Positions 9,436-19,313 of a stretch of DNA of 64,000 nucleotides are shown piece by piece. Made by a program: the position numbers and the translations under genes. The stretch spans positions 19,847 to 83,846 of the forward strand of contig CAYTTR010000005.1 of assembly GCA_964440805.1 (NCBI GenBank), given 5' to 3'. The stretch comes from an uncultured Eubacteriales bacterium (GTDB lineage Bacteria; Acidobacteriota; Aminicenantia; Aminicenantales; Aminicenantaceae). The notes beneath the pieces were generated by a model, which made no database searches, was not told the DNA's origin, and saw nothing but the letters and a program-made list of their open reading frames with translations. How positions within the stretch are numbered: position 1 is the stretch's first letter; every line of letters begins with the position of its first letter.

Positions 9436-9465
9436 AAAACGGGATAAAACGGGACAAAGTGGGAC
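9436..9465 (+). promoter_or_regulatory. MraZ operator: three 10 bp direct repeats
   Basis: AAAACGGGAT AAAACGGGAC AAAGTGGGAC. MraZ is known to bind TGGG/GTGG boxes with 10 bp periodicity upstream of mraZ. Confidence 0.75.
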
Positions 9466-9941
9466 AACTACTAATAGGAAGCTTCACCGCCCGCTTAGAC
9501 AAAAGCGGGAGAATAAAAATTCCTGAAAAATTCCGCTTAGCCATAGAAGAAAATTTCGGCAAGGAAGTCTTCATTACTTCCTTGAATGATCAATCCATTC
9601 AGATCTATCCCCTATCTGTATGGTTAAATCTGACCAACATCACAGGGGAGGGTTTTCTTCACTTAAAACCGGAGATCAAAAGATTTCTGCTCCGGGTCAA
9701 TCATATGGGTACACATTATGAAATCGATTCTAAAGGCCGGATTCTTATCAGTCAACACCTCAGGGATAAAGCCCGCCTTGACGGTGAAGTGGAAGTTTTA
9801 GGCCTCCATAATTATATCGAAGTCTGGAATCCAGAACTTCTGGAAGAATCAGTCCTTCAACAGCCTTTAACCGATGAAGATTTCGAACACATTTCCCGTT
9901 TATCTCCACTTAAAAGAGAAAGCTCTTATGACCCAGATTAA
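9459..9941 (+). CDS. mraZ: Transcriptional regulator MraZ
   Basis: Two DxxGR repeats (LDKSGRIKIP, IDSKGRILI), IEVWN; first gene of the dcw cluster. Confidence 0.93.
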   Translation: MGQLLIGSFTARLDKSGRIKIPEKFRLAIEENFGKEVFITSLNDQSIQIYPLSVWLNLTNITGEGFLHLKPEIKRFLLRVNHMGTHYEIDSKGRILISQHLRDKARLDGEVEVLGLHNYIEVWNPELLEESVLQQPLTDEDFEHISRLSPLKRESSYDPD

Positions 9942-10824
9942 ACACATTCCAGTACTTCTGGAAGAAGTGCTGGAGTATTTAGACGCAGAAAGACCAGGTA
10001 TATATTTAGATGGAACCATTGGTTTAGGCGGTCATACCTTAGAAATCCTGAGAAGAAATCCTCAGGTAAAAGTAATTGGTTTTGATCTTGACGAATCCAC
10101 ACTGCTTGAAGCCAGGAAAAAGCTCCGGCCTTATTCTGACAGGATTGAACTTTATCATTCAGACTTTAGATACATACCTGATCTGAAACTTGATTTTACT
10201 AAGGTTAAGGGATTGTTACTCGACCTGGGAGTTTCATCTTTTCAGCTGGATAACCCCGAAAGAGGTTTAAGTTATCAACATGAAGGCCCTTTAGATATGA
10301 GAATGGATACCAGAAACAAAACCACTGCTTCCCGAATCCTTAATCGCTACTCCGAACGCAACCTAACAGAAATTTTCAGAAAATACGGAGAATTAAGACA
10401 GGCAAAAAGGCTCGCCCGGGCCATCGCCTCTCTGAGAAAAAATGAAAAAATCAATTCCACTTCGCAATTATTGAACATCATAGAAAATGTCTGTCACTGG
10501 AGGCCGCAAAAGGGGAAAACTCATCCCGCTGCCAGGGTTTTCCAGGCTCTCCGGATTGAAGTTAACCAGGAACTAACCGGAGTGTCTCATTTCCTTGAAC
10601 GAATAACCATGGTGTTGAAAAAAGGGGCCAGACTGGTAGTCATTTCTTTTCACTCCCTTGAGGACAGAATTATTAAAAGGACATTCAACCGGTTGGCTTC
10701 CCCTGTAGATTCTTCCCCGCTTCTTCAGATTTTAACAAAAAAACCGGTTACCCCTGAAGAAAATGAAATTATCTCTAATTTCAGATCACGCTCAGCCAAA
10801 CTCAGAGCCGCAGAGAGGTTATAA
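9928..10824 (+). CDS. rsmH: 16S rRNA (cytosine1402-N4)-methyltransferase
   Basis: HIPVLLEEV, DGTIGLGGH, DLGVSSFQLD, PLDMRM, FQALRIEVN, ISFHSLEDR, RSRSAKLR; start ATG 9928 preferred. Confidence 0.97.
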   Translation: MTQIKHIPVLLEEVLEYLDAERPGIYLDGTIGLGGHTLEILRRNPQVKVIGFDLDESTLLEARKKLRPYSDRIELYHSDFRYIPDLKLDFTKVKGLLLDLGVSSFQLDNPERGLSYQHEGPLDMRMDTRNKTTASRILNRYSERNLTEIFRKYGELRQAKRLARAIASLRKNEKINSTSQLLNIIENVCHWRPQKGKTHPAARVFQALRIEVNQELTGVSHFLERITMVLKKGARLVVISFHSLEDRIIKRTFNRLASPVDSSPLLQILTKKPVTPEENEIISNFRSRSAKLRAAERL

Positions 10825-11139
10825 ATGGTCAGGAAAAGATTTAACCGTCATCAAATCATTTTCGGTTTCGGCCTAACTATTTTGGTGGTGGCCTTCCTCA
10901 GTTTTTATATATGGCACCTAACAGAATCCATTAGAATTGGCTACGAGATCAACCGCCTTCATCATAGGCGCGAAGAACTTCTCAAGCAAGTTGAAAAACT
11001 TGAAACCAGAAAAGTTTCTCTTCTCCGCCTTGAGAGAATCGAAAAAATCGCCACTAATAAACTCCATTTAAAAAAAGCTGAATCAGCCCAGATAATTCTG
11101 TCACCTAACAAAAACTGGGAGGAAATTGAATCCCCATGA
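10825..11139 (+). CDS. ftsL: Cell division protein FtsL
   Basis: Single TM followed by a coiled coil, RIEKIA..KLHL; lies between rsmH and ftsI. Confidence 0.88.
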   Translation: MVRKRFNRHQIIFGFGLTILVVAFLSFYIWHLTESIRIGYEINRLHHRREELLKQVEKLETRKVSLLRLERIEKIATNKLHLKKAESAQIILSPNKNWEEIESP

Positions 11140-12899
11140 ATATTGGACTCAACCGGGAAAAGATAAAAAATCGATCCATTTTGTTCTCCATTTTTATTTT
11201 TTTCTGGATAACAGGGATTCTTTTTCGTCTTGTTCAACTTCAGATTGTTCATCATTCCCGCCTGAAAGCCAGGGTTATTTCTCAGACCGAAGATAAGATT
11301 CCAGTCCGCCCCAAAAGAGGAGCTATTTATGACCGGAACGGTTCCATCCTGGCCAAAAGCCTTCCTGTTTATTCAGTTTTTTATTCAGCCTACCAGGATG
11401 AAGGCTGGGAAACTCAGTGGAAAAGAGTTTCCCAGTTGATAGAAATTCTAAGCATCCCCTCTTATAAGGCTCTGGATATCCAGGATAGAGTAAAACAGAA
11501 AAAAACCTTCACTTGGATAAAAAGAAAGACAGACCAGGAAACTGCAGAAAAAGTAAAAAATCTAAATCTCAAGGGAGTATTTCTCAAAGAAGAGAAGAAG
11601 CGCATCTATCCTCACGGCCAACTATCAGCTCAGGTTCTGGGAATGGTAAATATTGATGAAAAAGGAATCATAGGTCTTGAATATGAATACAACTCCCTCC
11701 TGGCCGGAGAAAACGGAGAAGCTATTATTCTGAAAGATGCCCACCGGAGGGAATTCCGGGAGGAAACTCTAAAATCTCCGGTTCCTGGAAAAGACCTTAT
11801 CCTTTCTCTTGATGAAACAGTCCAGTATATTGCTGAAAAAGAGCTGGAAAGACAAATGAAAGAGTCCCAGGCCTCATGGGGAACAGTGGTTATTTCTTTT
11901 CCCGGAACAGGCGAAATTTTAGCCATGGCCAATTACCCCACATGCGATCTCAACCAGGTGAACAATCGCCAGCTTCCCCTGATCCAGCGGAATATCGCTG
12001 CTCACTACACCTTTGCTCCTGGTTCCACCTTCAAAATCATCTCCTTCGCTGCAGCCCTTGAATCAAGAGCCGTAGCTGAAACAGAAACATTCGACTGCAG
12101 CCAAGGCTTTGTCCAGATTGAAGGAACAAGTAAAAGAATAAGAGACCACCACCGATTTGGAATTCTAACCTTCCCAGAAATTCTCATTAATTCTTCCAAT
12201 GTAGGAACAGTAAACGTTGCCTATCGCACCGGATCTGAATCAATCTTTAAAACAATCAAAGCTTTTGGCTTCGGGCAAAAAACCGGAATAGATTTCCCTG
12301 GTGAAGAAAGTGGTATTCTTCACCCTTTTAGAAGCTGGTCTAAAACATCTTTACCTTCTCTTTCCATTGGTTATGAAATTTCCGTAACCGCCATCCAGCT
12401 CCTCAAAGCTATAAATATCATTGCCAACAAGGGAGTAGAAATCCCTTTGAGACTGATTAAAGAAGCTGAGTTCTTAAATGTGAAAAACAACCTTCTTCCA
12501 CACCAGGAGAAAAGAATCATCTCATCCGAAACAGCCGAAAAAATAACCGGATATCTCATCCAGGTGGTGGAACAAGGCACGGGAAAAGAAGCGCGCCTTA
12601 AAGGTTACCTGATAGCTGGAAAAACAGGCACAGCTCAGAAGTTTGACCGAGAACTGGGACAATATTCTTCTTCTGCTCATTTAGCTTGTTTCGTCGGTTT
12701 CATTATTTCCAAGAAACCTCTTCTCTCTATAGTGGTGGTTATAGACGAACCAAAAGGGCTCTACTACGGGGGACAGGTAGCTGCTCCTCTTTTCAAGAGA
12801 ATAGCTGAACAAGTGCTTCTCTACCTCCAAGTACATCCCCAACCACCAGCAAGACAAACCCTGATAACAGCTATGAACAAAGGGGAAATTGACCCATGA
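11136..12899 (+). CDS. ftsI: Class B penicillin-binding protein FtsI/PBP3
   Basis: RGAIYDRNG, GLEYEYN, PGSTFK (SxxK), SSNVG (SxN), GKTGTAQK. Confidence 0.95.
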   Translation: MNIGLNREKIKNRSILFSIFIFFWITGILFRLVQLQIVHHSRLKARVISQTEDKIPVRPKRGAIYDRNGSILAKSLPVYSVFYSAYQDEGWETQWKRVSQLIEILSIPSYKALDIQDRVKQKKTFTWIKRKTDQETAEKVKNLNLKGVFLKEEKKRIYPHGQLSAQVLGMVNIDEKGIIGLEYEYNSLLAGENGEAIILKDAHRREFREETLKSPVPGKDLILSLDETVQYIAEKELERQMKESQASWGTVVISFPGTGEILAMANYPTCDLNQVNNRQLPLIQRNIAAHYTFAPGSTFKIISFAAALESRAVAETETFDCSQGFVQIEGTSKRIRDHHRFGILTFPEILINSSNVGTVNVAYRTGSESIFKTIKAFGFGQKTGIDFPGEESGILHPFRSWSKTSLPSLSIGYEISVTAIQLLKAINIIANKGVEIPLRLIKEAEFLNVKNNLLPHQEKRIISSETAEKITGYLIQVVEQGTGKEARLKGYLIAGKTGTAQKFDRELGQYSSSAHLACFVGFIISKKPLLSIVVVIDEPKGLYYGGQVAAPLFKRIAEQVLLYLQVHPQPPARQTLITAMNKGEIDP

Positions 12900-14368
12900 A
12901 GCTAAGAAAGGTGCTTCAGGGAGTTTCGCCAGTCAAGCTTACCGGGAACCACGAGGAGGAAATAAAGCTTGTCACTTATTCTTCGGAAAAAGTCGGACCC
13001 GGTGCCTTATTTACTGCCTTGAAGGGAACCAGGACGGATGGAAATCTTTTTATAAATGAGGCTATGGAAAAGGGAGCTGTGGCTGTACTTTCAGAAAACT
13101 CCTGCCCCCAGGGCTTTCCTGCTTCCTGGATTGAGGTAGAAGACTGCCGCAGAGCCTTGGCCCTTGCTTCAGCCAACTTTTTCGACCATCCTTCTCGTAA
13201 TTTAAAGGTAATAGGAGTAACCGGCACCAAGGGAAAAACCACCATCTCTTACCTTCTGGAAGAAATCCTCAAAAAAGCCTCGTTCAGGCCGGCGGTTATC
13301 GGGACCATTTCCTACCGGGGACCTGGACTGAATAATTCTGCCGGAAGAACTACACCAGAAGCACCGGAACTTCAACAAATGATGCACTTTACTCTGAACC
13401 AAGGGGCTACTCACTGCATTATAGAGGTTTCCTCACATGCCTTGGTACTCAAAAGAGTAGAGGCAGTGGATTTTGATATCTCTGTTTTTACCAACCTCAG
13501 CGGTGAGCATCTCGACTATCATCATACCCTGGAAAATTATTTTGAGGCCAAAAAAAAGCTATTCAATCCCGGCTCCAAGAAAAAAGTGGCTGTTATCAAC
13601 CACGACGATCCCTGGGGGAAAAAATTACTTAATGAACTTGCCATTCCCGCTATTACTTTTGGCATGGAAGCAAAAGCAAACATCCATCCCACCGGGTTTT
13701 CCTTCTCCGAGAGAGGTATCGAAGCAGAAATAAAATATCCAGGCGGCAACCTGAAATTCTCATCATCACTTTTGGGACGGCCCAACCTCTACAATATTCT
13801 CACCGCTGTCTCTGTTGCTCTGGTCATGGGAATAAATCCTCCCTCGATTCAGGAAGGCCTTAAGTTTTTGGAAAAAGTCCCCGGCCGATTGGAGAAAATA
13901 GAGAATTCTTTTGGCCTTAACATTTTTATTGATTATGCTCACACAGACGATGCTCTTAAAAAGCTCCTGCAAACCTCGCGCGAGCTATGTCAAAAAAAGA
14001 TTATTTTGGTTTTCGGAGCAGGAGGAGATCGGGACAAGAGCAAACGTCCCCGTATGGGAGAAGCAGCTGGAGAACTGGCTGATTGGACCATTATTACTTC
14101 CGACAACCCGCGAAGCGAAGATCCCATGATTATTATATCAGATATAGAAAAAGGATTGAAAAAGACAGGCTCTTCTTCTTATGAAATTGAACCGGACCGC
14201 CGGGCTGCCATTAGGAAGGCTTTGAGCCTGGGAGAAAAAGGTGACTATATTCTAATTGCCGGCAAGGGGCACGAAACCTATCAGATAATAAAAGACCAGA
14301 TTATCCCCTTTAGTGATAAGGAAGTAGTCAAAAAAATCCTCATAGAAATGGAGGCCCAGGTTGGCTGA
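12896..14368 (+). CDS. murE: UDP-MurNAc-Ala-Glu--diaminopimelate ligase
   Basis: GVTGTKGKTT, RTTPE, EVSSH, DYAHT, DNPR (mDAP-specific motif), AGKGHE. Confidence 0.97.
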   Translation: MKLRKVLQGVSPVKLTGNHEEEIKLVTYSSEKVGPGALFTALKGTRTDGNLFINEAMEKGAVAVLSENSCPQGFPASWIEVEDCRRALALASANFFDHPSRNLKVIGVTGTKGKTTISYLLEEILKKASFRPAVIGTISYRGPGLNNSAGRTTPEAPELQQMMHFTLNQGATHCIIEVSSHALVLKRVEAVDFDISVFTNLSGEHLDYHHTLENYFEAKKKLFNPGSKKKVAVINHDDPWGKKLLNELAIPAITFGMEAKANIHPTGFSFSERGIEAEIKYPGGNLKFSSSLLGRPNLYNILTAVSVALVMGINPPSIQEGLKFLEKVPGRLEKIENSFGLNIFIDYAHTDDALKKLLQTSRELCQKKIILVFGAGGDRDKSKRPRMGEAAGELADWTIITSDNPRSEDPMIIISDIEKGLKKTGSSSYEIEPDRRAAIRKALSLGEKGDYILIAGKGHETYQIIKDQIIPFSDKEVVKKILIEMEAQVG

Positions 14369-15737
14369 AATGACCCTCCAGCAGGCTGCCGAGCGAATTA
14401 AGGGCCGACTTCTCCAGGGAAGCCCATCTCTTAAAATAGAAGGCTTCACCACCGACACCCGTCAGGCCAGGGAAGGAGATCTTTTCTTTGCTCTCACCGC
14501 CGAAAGAGACGGTCACGACTTTATTCATCACGCCGTTCAGAAAAAAACAGCCGGGGCTGTTATCTCCCGGGAAATAGAATTGCCATCACCTGAATTCGGC
14601 CTGATTATGGTTAAAGACACTCTCAAAGCCCTTCAAACCCTGGCTGCCTCTGTTCTCAGAGAGCATCCAGTCAAAGTAGTGGGTATCACCGGGAGCTGCG
14701 GAAAAACTTCAGCCAAAGAGTACACAGCCTCCCTTTTAGCCAGAAAACATATGGTTTTAAAATCAGAAAAAAGCTTTAACAATCACATCGGCCTGCCACT
14801 CTCTCTTCTCAAACTAAATAAATTTCATGAAGTAGCGGTCTTGGAAATGGGAATGAATCACCCTGGCGAAATTAAAGACTTGACCCGAATTGCTCCTCCG
14901 GACTTAGCAGTTATAACCAACATCATGCCTGTTCATCTACAATTTTTTAAAAATTTGCGGGAAATAGCCAGGGCTAAAACAGAGATTCTCAGGGGTGCCA
15001 AAAAGGGAGCTGTTGCTGTGCTTAATGGGGATGATTCTCTCCTCATGAACACAACCAAGGATTGGGAAGGAAAAAAAATTACTTTCGGACTCTCTCTTTC
15101 CTGCACCATCCGGGCAGAAAACATCCGGACTAAAGGCTATGAAGGTTATACCTTGGGCTTAGTCTACGGCCATATACGTACCGAACTCACTCTTCCTGTT
15201 TTTTATAAAAGTTATCTTTTTAACTTTCTGGCTGCCGTTGCTGTGGCCTACAGTTTTTCTTTGCCCCTGGAAGATATTCTGAAAACAATCCCTGAATTAA
15301 AACCCCTCCCCATGCGAGGAGAACTTCTATCCCTTGATTCAAGAATAAAGATCATCAATGACTCATACAACTCCAGTCCAGTAGCTCTGGAAATGGCTCT
15401 AAACAGCATCCGTCAGCTCCCCGGAAAACGAAAGATAGCTGTTCTGGGAGATATGCTGGAGCTGGGAAAAAATGAAGTTCAATTCCATCGCCAAGCAGGA
15501 AAAAAAGTGGCTGAATCAGGATTTGATATCTTGGTTACCGTAGGTCCTTTAAGCAGACATATGGCCAAAGAAGCTTCCTTGTCAGGAATGCCGAATATTT
15601 TCACCTGCCAGGATTCCCTTGAAGCTGTAAGCCGGATAACATCTTTACTTCAAGATGGAGATCTCATCCTGATTAAGGGTTCCCGGAAAATTGGGTTGGA
15701 GAAAATCATTCAGAACCTCCAAGGAAGGGAGGCCTGA
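14361..15737 (+). CDS. murF: UDP-MurNAc-tripeptide--D-Ala-D-Ala ligase
   Basis: GITGSCGKT, NNHIGLP, EMGMNHPGEI, DSYNSSP, LGDMLELG, KGSR. Confidence 0.96.
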   Translation: MAEMTLQQAAERIKGRLLQGSPSLKIEGFTTDTRQAREGDLFFALTAERDGHDFIHHAVQKKTAGAVISREIELPSPEFGLIMVKDTLKALQTLAASVLREHPVKVVGITGSCGKTSAKEYTASLLARKHMVLKSEKSFNNHIGLPLSLLKLNKFHEVAVLEMGMNHPGEIKDLTRIAPPDLAVITNIMPVHLQFFKNLREIARAKTEILRGAKKGAVAVLNGDDSLLMNTTKDWEGKKITFGLSLSCTIRAENIRTKGYEGYTLGLVYGHIRTELTLPVFYKSYLFNFLAAVAVAYSFSLPLEDILKTIPELKPLPMRGELLSLDSRIKIINDSYNSSPVALEMALNSIRQLPGKRKIAVLGDMLELGKNEVQFHRQAGKKVAESGFDILVTVGPLSRHMAKEASLSGMPNIFTCQDSLEAVSRITSLLQDGDLILIKGSRKIGLEKIIQNLQGREA

Positions 15738-15738
15738 G

Positions 15739-16827
15739 ATGCTCTACTGGTTATTGGTTCCACTCAAAGAGTACTTTTTCTTCTTCAATGTCTTCCGTTA
15801 TATCACTGTCCGGACTGCCATGGCCGGTATCACTTCTCTTGCCATCACTTTGATTCTCGGTTCAATAGCCATCAAACTTCTCAAAAAATACCAGCTTGGG
15901 GAGGAGATTCGAACCGACGGCCCCAAGACTCATCTAAGAAAAAAAGGAACCCCTTCCATGGGAGGAGTTCTGATTATATTTTCCACAGTGGTGACTACTC
16001 TTCTCTGGGGAAATTTGAATGACATCTACATCTGGATTGCTATTTTTACCATGGTAGGCTTCGGTGCTCTGGGCTTCTGGGACGATTACCTGAAAATAAA
16101 GAAAAAAATTAAAGCCGGACTTCCTATGAAGCATAAGTTTGGTTTTCAGTTTCTCCTGGCGGGAACAATTGGCCTTTTTCTTATTTATTTAGGATTCAGG
16201 GGAGACTTCAGCTTGAACCTCCACTTTCCCTTTATCAAAGAATGGATTCCCTACATCGGTTGGTTTTATCTTCCCTGGATTATGCTTATTGTCATCGGGT
16301 CTTCTAATGCAGTAAACTTGGCCGACGGGCTGGACGGACTGGCTATCGGGCTGATATTTATAAGTGCCAGTGCTGTAACCGCCCTTTCCTACATCGCCGG
16401 CCATGCCCTCTGGTCTCAATATTTAAATATCGCCCGGGTTCCCTTAGCGGCTGAATTAACTGTTTTTGCCGGGGCTCTGGCGGGAGCCTGCCTGGGCTTT
16501 CTCTGGTATAACTGTCATCCCGCCGAGATATTCATGGGTGATGCAGGGGCTCTCTCCCTTGGAGGAACAGTAGGAGTTATGGCCCTACTTATAAAACAGG
16601 AATTCCTCCTTTTCGCTATTGCCGGAGTATTTATCCTGGAGGCTCTTTCGGTAATGATTCAGGTAGCCTGTTTTCGCTTTAGTGGTGGAAAAAGAATTTT
16701 TCGCATGGCTCCCCTTCATCATCATTTTGAACTCCTGGGTTGGTCTGAATCCAAAGTAGTAGTTCGCTTCTGGATACTGGGAATAATTTTTGCCCTGTTC
16801 AGTTTAACCACCCTGAAACTGAGATGA
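15739..16827 (+). CDS. mraY: Phospho-N-acetylmuramoyl-pentapeptide transferase
   Basis: KKGTPSMGG, DDYLK, NAVNLADGLDGL, FMGDAG, MAPLHHHFE; ATG 15739 follows a GGGAGG RBS. Confidence 0.97.
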   Translation: MLYWLLVPLKEYFFFFNVFRYITVRTAMAGITSLAITLILGSIAIKLLKKYQLGEEIRTDGPKTHLRKKGTPSMGGVLIIFSTVVTTLLWGNLNDIYIWIAIFTMVGFGALGFWDDYLKIKKKIKAGLPMKHKFGFQFLLAGTIGLFLIYLGFRGDFSLNLHFPFIKEWIPYIGWFYLPWIMLIVIGSSNAVNLADGLDGLAIGLIFISASAVTALSYIAGHALWSQYLNIARVPLAAELTVFAGALAGACLGFLWYNCHPAEIFMGDAGALSLGGTVGVMALLIKQEFLLFAIAGVFILEALSVMIQVACFRFSGGKRIFRMAPLHHHFELLGWSESKVVVRFWILGIIFALFSLTTLKLR

Positions 16828-16830
16828 AAC

Positions 16831-18201
16831 ATGGAACTTAAAAACAAAAAAGTTCTCGTTGTCGGGCTGGAAAAAACCGGAAAAGCAGCCTGCGACTTTC
16901 TTCTTCGCCGGGGTGCCAAAGTCACTATTTCTGAAAAAAAACGCCCCGAAGAAATCAAAAATTATCTTGAAGAATTAGCCGCCAAAGGAGCAATCATCGA
17001 AGCTGGAGGCCACCAGCAGGATACTTTTCTCCAGGCAGATCTTATCATTCCCAGCCCGGGTGTTCCTCTCCTTAAGGAAATAAGGGAAGCAGAAGCCAGA
17101 GACATCCCGGTATTCTCGGAGGTGGAACTGGCCTTCAGATTTCTTCAAGGAAAAATTGTAGGGATTACTGGATCCAATGGAAAATCAACTACTGCCACTT
17201 TAATTCATAAAATTTTAAAAGAAGCTGGAAGGCCTTCTTTTCTTGCCGGAAACATCGGCACTCCCTTGATAAGCTTCATCGAAGGAAGCCGACCAGACCA
17301 TATATATGTAACCGAGCTTTCCAGTTTCCAGTTGACTCACACCCAGTCTTTCAAAGCCCATGTGGGCGTTTTGCTCAATATCACCCCAGACCATCTAGAT
17401 TGGCATCCTTCCTTCATCCATTACTCTGCAGCCAAAAAAAAGCTTATTCTTTCCCTTGAAGAAAAAGATGTAGCTGTCCTCAATAGAGATGATTCCGAAG
17501 TCTGGTCACTACATAGCCAGACCAGGGCTGATGTTTTCGGTTTCAGCCGGCAGCACCAGGTGGATAAAGGAATGTTTATTAGAGAAGGCTGGATTTATTC
17601 TGTCTTCAAAAAACAAAATAAATTCCTGAAAACATCGGACATCCAGCTTTTCGGCCTTCATAATCAGGAAAACGTGATGGCTTCTGCTCTGGCAGCCTGG
17701 TCTCTGGGAGTTAAGGTGCCTAGAATCCGGGATTCCATCCAGACCTTTAAGGGTCTGGAACATAGGCTGGAAAAAGTGTCCACAATCGAGGGGGTGACCT
17801 TTTACAACGATTCCAAAGCCACTAATGTGGATGCCGCTCTGAAGTCAATTCAGAGCTTTCAGCAAAAAATCATTCCTATTCTGGGAGGCAAGGATAAAGG
17901 AGGCGATTTTTCGGCTCTCAGGCCGTTTCTCAAGCAAAAAGCTAAAGCGGTAATTCTTATTGGTGAGGCAGCCGAAAAAATCCTTAAGGAACTACGCAAT
18001 ATTTCTATTCTCCACCAGGCTCATTCCATGAAAGAAGCAGTAGAGAAAGGATTTTCCCTGGCAGATCAGGGAGATATTGTTCTTCTGGCTCCCGCCTGCA
18101 CAAGTTTCGACATGTTTGCCAATTTCGAAGAGAGGGGTCAATGCTTTAAAAAAGAAGTTCGCTCTTTAGAGGAAAAAATCCTTCAGGGAAATAAGAAATA
18201 A
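16831..18201 (+). CDS. murD: UDP-MurNAc-L-Ala--D-Glu ligase
   Basis: SPGVP, GITGSNGKSTT, ELSSFQL, NITPDHLDWH, NDSKATN, PACTSFDMF. Confidence 0.96.
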   Translation: MELKNKKVLVVGLEKTGKAACDFLLRRGAKVTISEKKRPEEIKNYLEELAAKGAIIEAGGHQQDTFLQADLIIPSPGVPLLKEIREAEARDIPVFSEVELAFRFLQGKIVGITGSNGKSTTATLIHKILKEAGRPSFLAGNIGTPLISFIEGSRPDHIYVTELSSFQLTHTQSFKAHVGVLLNITPDHLDWHPSFIHYSAAKKKLILSLEEKDVAVLNRDDSEVWSLHSQTRADVFGFSRQHQVDKGMFIREGWIYSVFKKQNKFLKTSDIQLFGLHNQENVMASALAAWSLGVKVPRIRDSIQTFKGLEHRLEKVSTIEGVTFYNDSKATNVDAALKSIQSFQQKIIPILGGKDKGGDFSALRPFLKQKAKAVILIGEAAEKILKELRNISILHQAHSMKEAVEKGFSLADQGDIVLLAPACTSFDMFANFEERGQCFKKEVRSLEEKILQGNKK

Positions 18202-19313
18202 TGGAAGTTTTCAGACCTTATGGTTTCGATAAACCCCTTTTCCTCGTGGTATTGGGACTGCTGGGTGCCGGGCTGGTTATGGTTTTCAGCTCTTCTGCAG
18301 TCCTGGCTGCCGAAGCATATAACAGCTCCTTTTATTTTATCATCCAACAAGGAATTGGAGCTGGGCTGGGATTGCTGTTTATTTTATTCATCCTTTCGAT
18401 AAGAAAGGCATTCTACCAGAATCCTCTTTTCATCTTCGGGCTTCTTTTAAGCTCCTTCTTTTTGCTCGCCCTATGCCTTACCATGCCGACTTTCAGCGGT
18501 GCCAATCGATGGATTTATTTTTTCGGAATAAGTTTTCAACCTTCGGAATTGGCTAAAATTAGCCTTATTCTTTTCTTTGCTTTCTATATTGATAAGAAAA
18601 AAGAGCTTATCCAGAATGTAAAAAATTTTCTCCTGCCAATGGGAATTCTTTTCCTTTTTATCCTGCTGATTATAAAAGAACCTGATTATGGAACAGCTCT
18701 TCTCGTTTTTATTATTTGTTCTATAATGCTCTTTATTGGTGGATTCAGACTCAGCTATTTTCTAAGCCTTGCAATTCTCAGCATCATTACCTTTGGATTC
18801 TATCTTATCCAGGCTGAATACCGAATAGAAAGGATTCTCGCTTTCCTCTCCCCCACTGAAGATCCTTTGGGCAGGGGATTCCAGGTCATCCAATCCAAAT
18901 TGGCGGTAGGGGCCGGTGGGCTTCTCGGGGTCAGCATAGGAGAAAGCGTACAAAAACTCTACTTTCTGCCTTGTGCCCACACAGATTATATTTTTGCCAT
19001 AATCGGAGAAGAATTAGGACTCCTGGGGACAATGGGTATCTTAACTTTGTTCATTCTATTCCTCTGGAGAGGTCTGGTCATATCCTTAAGAGCTCCCAAC
19101 AGCTTTTCTCAGCTCCTGGCTGCTGGTCTAACCTTAGCTGTTTTTGTTCAAGCTGTTTTCAACATAAGCATCGTCCTGGGATTGGCACCCCCTACTGGAT
19201 TGCCCCTTCCCTTTATCAGCTACGGACGTTCATCTCTGGTTATGACACTTTTTGCTGTCGGGATCCTGCTTCATATTTCTCAAAGAAGAACAAATTTAAA
19301 GGAAAAAGCATGA
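18201..19313 (+). CDS. ftsW: SEDS peptidoglycan polymerase FtsW
   Basis: GANRWI, QPSELAK, EPDYGT, HTDYIFAIIGEELG, GLPLPFISYG. Confidence 0.96.
   Translation: MEVFRPYGFDKPLFLVVLGLLGAGLVMVFSSSAVLAAEAYNSSFYFIIQQGIGAGLGLLFILFILSIRKAFYQNPLFIFGLLLSSFFLLALCLTMPTFSGANRWIYFFGISFQPSELAKISLILFFAFYIDKKKELIQNVKNFLLPMGILFLFILLIIKEPDYGTALLVFIICSIMLFIGGFRLSYFLSLAILSIITFGFYLIQAEYRIERILAFLSPTEDPLGRGFQVIQSKLAVGAGGLLGVSIGESVQKLYFLPCAHTDYIFAIIGEELGLLGTMGILTLFILFLWRGLVISLRAPNSFSQLLAAGLTLAVFVQAVFNISIVLGLAPPTGLPLPFISYGRSSLVMTLFAVGILLHISQRRTNLKEKA

Noticed and set aside
18971-19309. Apparent 113 aa N-terminal extension of MurG
   Set aside because: Overlaps ftsW; the MurG motif begins right after ATG 19310.
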